58,717 bases of DNA from a virus. Location: IMG/VR virus record IMGVR_UViG_3300045988_156049; one strand, written 5' to 3'. Under the pieces are notes generated by a model. The model was given only the letters and a program-made list of their open reading frames with translations. It ran no database searches and was not told where the DNA came from. How positions within the stretch are numbered: position 1 is the first letter of the stretch; each line of letters begins with the position of its first letter. This document shows, piece after piece, positions 1-9,900 of this stretch. The translations under genes and the position numbers were made by a program.

Positions 1-119
1 ATGAGCGAGAAATTGAAGAGAGTTGAAGTGGTAGCTGCGATATTGATACACAATAACTTAGTATTCGCTTGCCAGCGCGGATATGGTGAGTTCAAGGACG
101 GATGGGAGTTTCCCGGCGG
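1..119 (+). repeat. Terminal direct repeat, left copy (att core region or assembly overlap)
   Basis: 1-119 matches 58599-58717 base for base by eye. The identity cannot be followed further because the window ends. Confidence 0.9.
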
Positions 120-144
120 AAATATCGTTGTTTCCTTGCTGTGA
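1..144 (+). pseudogene. 5' fragment of a NUDIX (MutT-like) hydrolase gene: 40 native codons, then 7 unrelated codons and TGA
   Basis: MSEKLKRVEVVAAILIHNNLVFACQRGYGEFKDGWEFPGG is a MutT-type N-terminus ending at the first glycines of the Nudix box. It continues NIVVSLL-stop (TGA 142-144) with no REUXEE helix. Confidence 0.7.
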
Positions 145-242
145 TGTGCTTAATCGCTGTTTTTATCTAATTATTGTCTGATTGCTAATTAGTTAGATGC
201 GATTTTATTATACTTTTGCGATACATTATGCGAGTGAAAAAA

Positions 243-295
243 GTTCCTATTTTGTTTCTTTTTAATTAAATTTGTTTCTCGTTTGTTTCTCGAAA
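243..295 (+). promoter_or_regulatory. Candidate integrase arm-type binding sites (TTTGTTTCT x3) just upstream of int
   Basis: TTTGTTTCT occurs at 251-259, 271-279 and 282-290. The 20-mer GTTCCTATTTTGTTTCTTTT (243-262) recurs at 58573-58592 on the other side of the 119-bp repeat. Confidence 0.45.
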
Positions 296-296
296 T

Positions 297-1619
297 ATGG
301 CAAAGTATGATATTAAAGAGCCTGTAAGGCTCAGGAGCAAGACGCTCAAGAAAGGAGTCAAGTCACTTTACCTTGACATCTATCAGAATGGGCAAAGGCA
401 TTACGAGTATTTGAAATTATACCTGAACCCAGGAACGGATCCTCTTACCAAGTTAAAAAACAAAAGTGCCCTGGACGCGGCCCGTGTGATACAGGCCAAG
501 AGACTTGTCGATATACAGTCAGGTGTGGCGAACATTATGACAATTGACAAGCGCAAGATAAAATTTGTTGATTATTATAATCATTATTATGATTCTCGTA
601 CATCAATTTCCGAAAAATATAGGCGAGGTGCGGACTATGCGTTGTACCGATGGATTACATTTGCCGGAGAAGATGTGTTGCTGTGTAAGGTGACATCTGA
701 GATGTTGGCTGATTTCGTGAAGCATTTGAGAGCGACTCATAATATGTTCCAATCCCGAAAAGTGAAGATATTTCCTGGAGAAGGTCGGGAGGAAGGGTAC
801 ATTTCCACGAAAGAAGCGGAAGAAATTGTGTGGGAGTTGTCCTGTCGCCAGAAGAAGACATTCAGCCAAATTTCTGCTGAGACGGGAATACTGCTCAGAA
901 CTGTCGGATATATACACCAGAGGATTGTTATGGGCGGAAAGGAATCTCCTTTGACAGAAGCTACTGTAAGAGCCTACTTCAAGTATATAACGGCAGTCTT
1001 GAACGGTGCTTCAAGTAAGGGGCTTATCGCAGTTAATCCAGTAAGCGGACTTGATTCAATAGAACGTCCTCATGGTAATAGCCCAGAGAGGATTTTCCTT
1101 ACATTGGAAGAGGTCGTCAAACTAATTGATACACCTTGCGATTATCCTGTGGTTAAACGCATGTTTCTATTCTCGTGTTTTACTGGCTTGCGCTGCTCAG
1201 ATGTTAAAGCTCTTACGTGGAATAAGATTGACGATAGCATGATTGCTACAACTATGCAAAAGACACAGCAGCCTATTTATATACCATTGTCCGATAATGC
1301 GAGGAGATGGTTGCCGGAAAGAGAGGGAGCGACGGGGGACGATCTTGTCTTTGTCGGATGGCCTACAATCAACACGATCTGCCGGTGCATTGACAAGTGG
1401 GCGAAGAATGCGGGCATAGACAAGCATGTAACATTTCACACCTCAAGACATACGTTTGCGACTTTGCTCATAACGAACGGGGCAGATCTGTATGTGGTGA
1501 GTAAACTTCTTGGCCATCAGGATATCTCAACTACAACCATTTATGCAAAGGTTGTCGACAAGCGGCGGGAGGAGGCCATAAATGTTATACCGACGCTTGA
1601 TATCGGTAAAGTAATGTAA
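297..1619 (+). CDS. int: Tyrosine recombinase / phage integrase (Bacteroidota IntDOT/NBU-like, with N-terminal arm-binding domain)
   Basis: N-terminus VRLRSKTLKKGVKSLYLDIYQNGQRHYEYLKLYL. Catalytic region FTGLRCSD ... HTSRHTFATLL ... LLGHQDISTTTIYAKV gives the R..HxxR..Y pattern. The gene is adjacent to the terminal repeat. Confidence 0.95.
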   Translation: MAKYDIKEPVRLRSKTLKKGVKSLYLDIYQNGQRHYEYLKLYLNPGTDPLTKLKNKSALDAARVIQAKRLVDIQSGVANIMTIDKRKIKFVDYYNHYYDSRTSISEKYRRGADYALYRWITFAGEDVLLCKVTSEMLADFVKHLRATHNMFQSRKVKIFPGEGREEGYISTKEAEEIVWELSCRQKKTFSQISAETGILLRTVGYIHQRIVMGGKESPLTEATVRAYFKYITAVLNGASSKGLIAVNPVSGLDSIERPHGNSPERIFLTLEEVVKLIDTPCDYPVVKRMFLFSCFTGLRCSDVKALTWNKIDDSMIATTMQKTQQPIYIPLSDNARRWLPEREGATGDDLVFVGWPTINTICRCIDKWAKNAGIDKHVTFHTSRHTFATLLITNGADLYVVSKLLGHQDISTTTIYAKVVDKRREEAINVIPTLDIGKVM

Positions 1620-1623
1620 TAAT

Positions 1624-1651
1624 CCCCCGAGAACATCTCTGCTGTCGGGGG
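1624..1651. terminator. Hairpin between convergent int and 1731-2027 genes
   Basis: CCCCCGA-n14-TCGGGGG. There is no clear T tract. Confidence 0.3.
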
Positions 1652-1730
1652 CTACGAATTACAATTATTATTTAAGTTTATGAAAAACTTGTAAAAAGTT
1701 GTATGTTAAACAGTTATCTAAAGTAGATAT

Positions 1731-2027
1731 TTATAGACCATTCTGATCTGGGATTTTGGATAACTGTATCAGTCTTTCCTCTATTGTGAGTTTCTTACCT
1801 TCTTCGGTACTCAAATCGACGGCCTGAAGTTTAGGAACAGTATACTGCATAAGTTTCTCGCTTATAAAGAGCCGGTCCTTCGGCTCCAACTCCATGAAGT
1901 CTTTAATCATTTGTCCGCTGTTGCTGTAACTGTCGAGAAGTTCAGCAACGGCGTCTTTCATTTTTTTCGTATTCTTGTTTGGAGTCCCTTTCTTTCGGCC
2001 TCCAGTTTTATTTCCGTTGACATCCAT
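1731..2027 (-). CDS. Hypothetical protein with basic GGRKKGTPNKNT N-terminal motif
   Basis: ORF-track frame 1731-2069. The first ATG with an AT-rich leader is at 2027 (MDVNGNKTGGRKKGTPNK...). Function unknown. Confidence 0.6.
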   Translation of the reverse strand: MDVNGNKTGGRKKGTPNKNTKKMKDAVAELLDSYSNSGQMIKDFMELEPKDRLFISEKLMQYTVPKLQAVDLSTEEGKKLTIEERLIQLSKIPDQNGL

Positions 2028-2084
2028 ATTTGAAAAAAATACTACTACGTAATTACATAAACCTTTCATGCAAATATACTTATT

Positions 2085-2092
2085 TATTTTTG
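2085..2092 (+). promoter_or_regulatory. Candidate Bacteroides-type -7 box (TATTTTTG) for the rightward virion-cargo operon
   Basis: Matches TAnnTTTG about 40 nt upstream of the 2133 ATG. No clean -33 TTTG was seen. Confidence 0.25.
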
Positions 2093-2132
2093 AACCACTT
2101 AATTAAGTATTAACTATTAAATATCAATAATT

Positions 2133-2633
2133 ATGGCACTTCCAGGTATAGGTAGCATGATAGGCGCAGGTATGCAAGCGGCTGCCAGTATTTATGGTGG
2201 TATTAAGAACGCAAAAGCGTACAAGGATGTTATTGGAAACACCAAACAACAGATGCTGGAGAATCAGGACTGGTTCGACAGACGTTATAATGAAGATGCG
2301 ACTCAGCGAGCCGATGCGCAAGCATTGCTCACACAGACGGCAAACAGCATAAGGGAGCGAAACAAACAAGCCGCCGGAGTCGCCGCAGTGATGGGCGGAA
2401 CAGATGAAAGTGTTGCAGCGGCAAAGGCTGCAAATAATGAGGCTCTTGTGGATGCTACCAGCAAGATCGCTGCTGCTGCCGACCAAAGGAAGGACAGCAT
2501 AGAAAGTCAATATCTTTCGAAAAATGCGGACTTGAATTCACAATTGAACAATATGACATTGAAAAAAGCGGAAGTTACAGCCAACGCCGTAAAGGGTGTG
2601 GCTGACGCAGCCGCCAGTATGGCGTCAATTTAA
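2133..2633 (+). CDS. Hypothetical protein, internal virion/ejection protein candidate
   Basis: 166 aa with a Gly/Ala-rich N-terminus (MALPGIGSMIGAGMQAAASIYGG) and an Ala/Gln-rich remainder. It is the first gene of the block leading into the giant gene. The role is a positional guess. Confidence 0.6.
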   Translation: MALPGIGSMIGAGMQAAASIYGGIKNAKAYKDVIGNTKQQMLENQDWFDRRYNEDATQRADAQALLTQTANSIRERNKQAAGVAAVMGGTDESVAAAKAANNEALVDATSKIAAAADQRKDSIESQYLSKNADLNSQLNNMTLKKAEVTANAVKGVADAAASMASI

Positions 2634-2644
2634 TTCGTTTAGAA

Positions 2645-3988
2645 ATGATAGAAGAAGATAAGAAGATTAAACAGGTTGAGACTGTTGCACCGCCACAACA
2701 AGAGCAAAGTCCTACGCAGCCTGGCATTGTAGAAAGTGCTGCACCTTCTGCGACTGCTGTAAGACCTCAGGGAACTCAGGACAATAAGGGAGTGACAACC
2801 TTTGACAGGATTACCAAACCACGCCTGATTAGTAAACCGGAACTTCAATACGACAAGTCAATTCCGAAACCAGCGGAAATCATTGAAAAGCAAGAACTGA
2901 TCAATGCGCGTCCGGACAAGACGATAGATGGCCTGACATACAAGGCTAATACCGGTAAACTATATGATGAACAGGGGCGAGAGATGAGTCCATTTGCTTT
3001 TGCCAAGCATGTTGCAGAAAAAGGCCAAATGACACCGGAGGAGAAAGCCGCTGAAGCTAAAAGGGAGCGCAGATCCAAAATATTCTCTGCAATCGGCGAT
3101 GGCATCTCCGCTTTGGCAAACGTCTATTTTGCATCCAAGGGGGCTCCGGATATGTACGACCCGAAGACTTCAATGTCGGCGAAGACCAAGGAATATTGGG
3201 ACAAATTGAATGCGGAACGCAAGGCGGATGCTGATAAGTATAATAATCTTCTCCTTTCTGCTTATAAGGCTGATAAAGCAGATAAGGACGCCAAAGACAA
3301 GTGGCAGCAGCAACTTGAACAATGGAGGATTGAAATGGGAAGAAAAAATGAAGCGGAGATGTATAAGCGTGGTAAGGATGCGGCTGATGCAAAGTATCGG
3401 AAGGAGAAAGACGACGCGGACCGTAGTTCCAGAGAAAATATAGCGGCAAGCCAGATAGCGGCTGCCAATAAGCGCGCTGCTGCCGACAGGTCTCAGAAAC
3501 AAGTCCAGTTCAACAAAAAGATGCAAGCTATGTACGGCGGATCCGGCGGCGGAACGAAAGGGAAGTATACATTTTCCCTTGGTCGTGGAAAAGGGCAGAT
3601 ATCAGTTAATTCTGATGCCGTAAATGACGCGAATGTCAAGCAGATCTGGGACAGGCTTCCTGATGATGTTAAACAGCAGGCACAAGAATACTACAAGACC
3701 GCTAAAACAAATGAATTCGGTGTGCCTATATATGCCAGAGACGAGAATGGGAATATCAGGGAGGATGAAAATGGCAACAAGGTACTAGTTTATAAGCCTC
3801 TGACAAAGAACGAAATGTTGGAAGTCATAGGGGCAAATCTTGAAGGTAATCCTGATCTGCAGAATGACATTCGTGAACTTGCAGGACAGCAAGTGTCTGA
3901 AGAAGATTTCTCTCAGTATTTAGATAAGGGGAACGGCTCGAAAGAGACTATGGATTTCTCTATTTATAAGACCGATAAGAAGAAGTAA
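2645..3988 (+). CDS. Hypothetical Lys/Ala/Asp-rich protein, internal virion protein candidate
   Basis: 447 aa with a low-complexity charged centre (KADKADKDAKDKWQQQLEQWRIEMGRK...). Its TAA lies 3 nt before the giant-gene ATG (TAAATTATG junction). Confidence 0.6.
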   Translation: MIEEDKKIKQVETVAPPQQEQSPTQPGIVESAAPSATAVRPQGTQDNKGVTTFDRITKPRLISKPELQYDKSIPKPAEIIEKQELINARPDKTIDGLTYKANTGKLYDEQGREMSPFAFAKHVAEKGQMTPEEKAAEAKRERRSKIFSAIGDGISALANVYFASKGAPDMYDPKTSMSAKTKEYWDKLNAERKADADKYNNLLLSAYKADKADKDAKDKWQQQLEQWRIEMGRKNEAEMYKRGKDAADAKYRKEKDDADRSSRENIAASQIAAANKRAAADRSQKQVQFNKKMQAMYGGSGGGTKGKYTFSLGRGKGQISVNSDAVNDANVKQIWDRLPDDVKQQAQEYYKTAKTNEFGVPIYARDENGNIREDENGNKVLVYKPLTKNEMLEVIGANLEGNPDLQNDIRELAGQQVSEEDFSQYLDKGNGSKETMDFSIYKTDKKK

Positions 3989-3991
3989 ATT

Positions 3992-6900
3992 ATGCCAAAA
4001 TATAGAGTAAACGGAGATACTTATAATATTCCAGAAGAAAAGGTATCTGCATTTGAAAAGCGGTATCCCAACGCAACAGTCGATATATACGATAATGACG
4101 GGGCTGAGTATTCACTTCCCGTTTCCGAAAAGGTGAATTTTCAGAAGCAGTTTAAGAATTGGTCATATACTGCTCCGGCAGCTCCTTCCGCTCCTAGTGC
4201 CGAGAAGATTGACTCAGTGGAACAGCCGGGGCCTGTCATGCCGAATCCGGCCATGGAAAACAGGAACTGGGAGGTACAGATGGGGAACGGCCACAGCCGT
4301 GCGACCGTGGAAAAGCCTGAACCTGTTGATGTGCCCATTCCGCAGAGACCTGAAGGCCTGGAACCGTCTGATGATGGGACCGCGGCTCCTTCTGGTGATG
4401 TGAGGTCATATCTGGAGAATGCCAACAGGCAGCAGGTAGCCAACCTCAGCAGGGACATCAACTCACGACTGGATGAGGCGCAGACGAAATCCCGTGACAT
4501 ATATATGAAGGAACAGGAAGACGCACGCAAAGGTGGATTCCTGTCGACACTTGCACATGCCATTGCCGCGTCCGGCCATAATCCTGAAGGCGGGTCCGGA
4601 GGCATGTCCGATGCCCAGCAGAGGACACTTCAGGGCGCGAACAGCGAACTCCAGAGCGAAATATCCAAACTGGAGGCTGCAAAGAATGCGATGAGCAATG
4701 CCGAAGAGATTATAGCCGAGGCAGACAAGAGTGTCCAGGAAGGCAAATTCCCCGGCTTTTTCAAAGGCGTAGCACGCGGCTTCGGAGACAAGCTGTTTGA
4801 CGTCAACACGTGGGACATGGGAGTGTCAGACACGAAGAACAGCATCGAACTGCTTAAGGCCCTCAGGAAGTACGATGAGGGAAAGCCGCTTTCGGAATCC
4901 GAGCAGATGCTACTGGACGCGAAGTCGGTGGAACTCGCCACGAATGCCTACTTCGGTTCATACATAGGCAGGGGATACAAGGCGGGAGCCGTGACGGCAC
5001 AGAGCCTGCCGTTCATGTTGGAGATGGCGGTCAACCCGGCTTCCACGCTTGGAGAGTCCACACAGAGCATGCTGGCCAGATATGCGCTGTCGAGGTTTGC
5101 GAAGAAAGGAGCGACCAGAGCAGCCCAGAAGTTCGCGACAAAGGCTGCAGGGGCTGCAGGACGCGCCTTGGGTGACATAGCCGGTTCCGCTGTCATGGCA
5201 GGGACATCCGGCGCTGTCCGTGTGGCCGGTGACGCCATCGACAGGCATGTCGGTGACATCGAGACTGATATGGACGGACAGGGGCAGACCGTATTTGCAG
5301 GCCATGACCCAGAAAGCCTCGGGAAATCGATTGCAAAGGCATTCACGTCAACTGCAATAGAGAACCATTCCGAGATGCTGGGCGAATACTTCGCTCCGGC
5401 TCTCGGAATCGTCTCTAAGCTCGGCAGGAAGGGCATGGAGAAGTTCGGCCTGAAGAATGTCGTGGATTTCGTTGACGATGTCAGTGCGACTGACGCCGCC
5501 AAACTCATAGCGGATTTCCAGAAGCGCACGAAGTGGCACGGAACCATCGGAGAGTATGCGGAAGAGGTCGCAGGCAACATTGAGAATGCCATTCTCGTTG
5601 GAGATAGCACGTTGGATTCATCGGACGATACGGGAGTTTTCAACCTGGACCAGAATATTGATACTTTTCTTGGAGTGGCGTTGATGGGCGGAGTCTTCAG
5701 TACAATTCGTACGGCTGCATGGCGAACGCCAAAGTACAGAGCAAGGAAAGAAATGGAGAAAGCGAGGGCTAAGGCGAAAAAGAAATTCGGCGATCAGGAA
5801 TGGCAGGATATAGAGGACAGGCTTGCGGAGGCCGGCGATGAAGGAATGTCATCGGTCCTGTCGGAGGTGATCATCGGGGAAAGGAATCCTGAAAGAGAAA
5901 AGGCTATTCTGGATTATGCAAAAAGTATCAAGATTTACGAAGGTACGTTAAAAGGAGATGAAAAGCATAGGGAATTATCAAGCCCTGAAATGACGGATTT
6001 GGAGTCTTCTTATGAAAATGGATATACCTTAGCGACACCGCAGGAAGTTCATGATGCGAAAATAATGTTTGAATATCAGCAAGCAAGGCTTCAGCAGGCG
6101 TTGGGTATGTCAAGCATCGACATTGAAACGTTGATGCTTGGAAATGAGATGGGGAAACTTACGGAAGAACAGAAGTCTGTCGCATTGGATTATTTGAATG
6201 CAGAAGCGACGTTCGATGGCGTCATTGACAGAGTCAGAGATGATATTGACAATAGAATCTCATCCGTAAATGCAGCCATTGATGCCAGCACGAACAGTGA
6301 TACTGGAAAACTGCAACCGGCCAGACTTGTTGATGACAGAGCAGTTCATATTATTTCCGGTGTAGTCAGGCTCACGCCTGATGGAACAATGGTTGACATC
6401 CATAATTCGGAGGACTATATAATCATTCGTGATGACAAGACTGGAAAAATTGAATCCGTTTCTCCGTCTCAAATTGTAGGAGTTGACGCTGAAATAGATC
6501 CTGAATCAGAAAAGAAAGCGGCGGAGTCGCAGATTCGTGGACAAATTGGACAGCAGAAAGCAGACATTATTGATGGTGTGCTCCAGTTTAATCCTGGAGA
6601 TGTATATACTTTGACGAATGAGCAGGGGCAGTCATTCACGGTTCAGGTTGCAGCAGACGAACAGGGCGTTGTCGATAATGGAGATGGGACAATAAATGTT
6701 ATACTTAATGAAGATATTGATGCCAATACCGGCCTCCCTCGTATTTCTCAAATGTCTAAGGAGCAGATTGAAAATATGGCTGAAGCCACGAATATGGCAA
6801 GACTGCAACAATATGAGCAACAGAAGTTGGATGTTGACGCTCGTCAATATGAGGAAGACAGTACAGGACGGACTCCTGAGAATCCTTTCAAAATTAACGA

Positions 6901-9900
6901 CCGGATTTCATTTAATGATGTCGGGTCTGGTTCCGTCAAGCATGGAATTGTAGAGTCGGAACTTACGGATGATGGGAAATATGAGATAGCAATCGAGAAT
7001 GACGGCAGCATCGAATCCGTATCGTACCTTTCTCCGGAGGATCTGTCGAATATGCAGGCCCAACTTGTTCAGTCCGTGGAGGAACAAGAAGCACCTGAAA
7101 TCGAACAGAATCCTGTCAAAATCGAACAGAATCCTGTCAAAATCGAACAACCGGAGCAACCGCAGGTGTCCGCTTTCGAGCGTATTCCTAAAGATGAGCA
7201 GGGAAATCCTATCTATGAGCAGGCTGAAACTCCCGACCTCGCTTGGGATGCCATAGTTGAACAGACAGATGGCGATGAAGCAATGGCGCAGACCGTAACG
7301 GACGGAATGGTTGCCGACAAGGAAACAGCGTTGAAAAAGGTAGAGAAAGCCAAATCCAAAGGAGGGGCGACCATTGCGGAGAAGATTGCAGCCGAGAAAG
7401 AGCGTAAGGCTGCCATTGAAGAAGCAAAGGCTAATCTTGCCGTGTGGAAGCGGATTGCGCAAACCGCAAGGCGCAGGAAAGATGCAGAGGAGTCCGAAAA
7501 GAGACGGATCGCAGAGGAACAGGCAGCCATACGCAAGGCCGAGGAAGAAAAACTCCGTGCAGAGCGCGAGGAAGCAGAGCGCATCAAGCGTGAAGCCTTG
7601 AACGGTGTGCCGGACATTTCCGATGATACACCGCAGGACGCACGAGCAAGAGGTTACAGGAGAGTAAGCGGTCATAAGGTGGATAGACAAGAACCTATAC
7701 CACACCTGCAGGGCAACGATATAGCCGTGAAATTCAGCGATGATGTCATTGTTCCCGGTCGTGTCGCTGTCATTGAAGCGGAGACCTTGCAGCCGAGCCA
7801 CATCCAAGGCACGAGAAATCCTGCCCACTTCATTGATGAATCGCAGCCGAAAGAGAGGACTGACGATGCGAGTGTATTGTCTGCCCGTAAGATTGCCAGA
7901 AACATCCGTCCCGAAGAAATCACATCCTCAATTACGGCATATACCGGTGCGCCTACCACAAATGTCCGTGGCGAAGTCATACAGGGCAACAACCGTAGTG
8001 ATGCGCTCCGTTTGATATGGGAGGGCGATAAAGAGCAGTCTGCCATTTACAAGCAGTACCTTATGGACCACGCTGCGGACTTCGGTCTGAATGCCGATGA
8101 GATTTCAGCGATGAATCATCCTGTACTCGTCAATATGCTTGATGTGGACGACGCAAAAGCCATTACCCTCGGTCAGTTTGTTGCGCAGGACACCGAAAGC
8201 GGAGGTACAGAGCGTATCAAGCCGAAGAATGCCGTGCAGAAAATGGGAGCCGATATGCGCACATTCGCCGATATGCTTCTCGCTTCTTCTGATGATGAGA
8301 CCTCTTTTGCAGGACTTGTGGACAGGAATGGCGATGAAGTATTGGCGTGGATGAACAGGCGTGGTTTCATCACTCCTACGCAGTACAAGAGCGCATTTGA
8401 CAGTAAGGGAGGTATCACAGCTGAAGCGAAGAACGATTTGAAAGGCATAATGTATCAGAGCATATTCACAGGTGGCAACATCCGTCTTGAAGAAATGTTC
8501 AATGCTATGCCGGCCAAAGCTCAGCGTGCTATCCTTGCCACCGCATTCAGAGACAATGAAAGTCCGAACACAGAGCGAATGGTAAAGGAAATTCAGAATT
8601 CTATCAGAGCGTACAACGCATTGTCGCAGGGCGAAGACTTTGCCAACGCCAAGAATTGGAAAGAAGCTCGTTTAGCCGTTGAATCGTGGAAAATGCAGTA
8701 TGCAATGGACGATGTTACCGGAGAAAGCTATCTGCCTGCCGAGAAATTCAGTAATTTTGCATTACATTTGGCGACAATGTATAAAGGCGAAAGTCAGAGC
8801 CTGATACAATCTACATTTAACCACCTGTATGACCTCATCCAAGGCACCCAGGAAGAAACTCTGTTCGAGAAGCCGGACAACACTCCGAGAACACTCGCAC
8901 AGGCTATTTTAGAAACATTAAATTTTGAATATGATGGACAGCAGCGAAGCAATGTATTGGCTGGCGATAGTACAGCAAGCCAAGAAAGGGAACAAGGAAG
9001 CACAGGAACTCCTGCAGCAGGAGAACGAGTTGAGGGTGGAGAGCAACCTGCCGATAATACAGGAGGAACTGAAAACGAAAGCGGAAGCGGTGAAGTAAGA
9101 GAAAAAATCGCAGAGGAAGGAAGCAAGGTCAATACAAACCCAAGCGATGCTCAGAAAGAAGCGGGCAACTATCGCATGGGGCATGTCAAGATTGACGGAA
9201 TGGATGTCACCATCGAGAATCCTAAGGGAAGTATACGCAAAGGAAGAGATGCTGACGGCAAGGAATGGCAATCAGAAATGCACAATGACTATGGTTATAT
9301 CCGTGGCACGAAGGCCGTGGATAACGACCACATTGATATATTCCTCTCAGATGATCCTGAACATGGTAACGTATACGTAATCGACCAGGTAGACCCAAAA
9401 ACCGGAAAATTTGACGAGTCCAAGGTAATGTATGGTTTTTCTTCCGAGCAGGAAGCCAGAGATGCGTATCTTTCCAACTACGAGGAAGGTTGGAAAGGTC
9501 TCGGCAAGATTACTGAAGTGACCAAGGAAGAGTTCAAGAAATGGATTGACTCTTCCACGCGAAAGACAAAGCCGTTTTCTGAATATGCAAGCGTGAAAGC
9601 TGCTAAGCCTCAGAAGGAGAAACCTGTTCAAGGGATTGAAGGCTATTCGCGTGATGAGATTAAAGGCATTGTGGCAGATCATATCAACGATGTGATGAGA
9701 GACAACGATATTCACGCAGAAATAATCGGCATGGATATCCATGGCTCCAGGAATCGTCATGACGCTAGACCAGACTCGGATCTGGATGTTGTAGTCGAGT
9801 ATCGTGGAGATATCAGGGAAGACGACATGTTCAATGCGCTTAACGGTGAAGAGGATGCGCTTTCGATTAATGGGATTAAGGTCGATATCAATCCTATAAG

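Noticed and set aside
7098-7149. Short tandem repeats (also 50688-50806) as possible CRISPR-like or satellite arrays
   Set aside because: They have only 2-5 copies and no spacers. They are in frame within coding sequence. They are interpreted instead as linker expansion and possible iterons.
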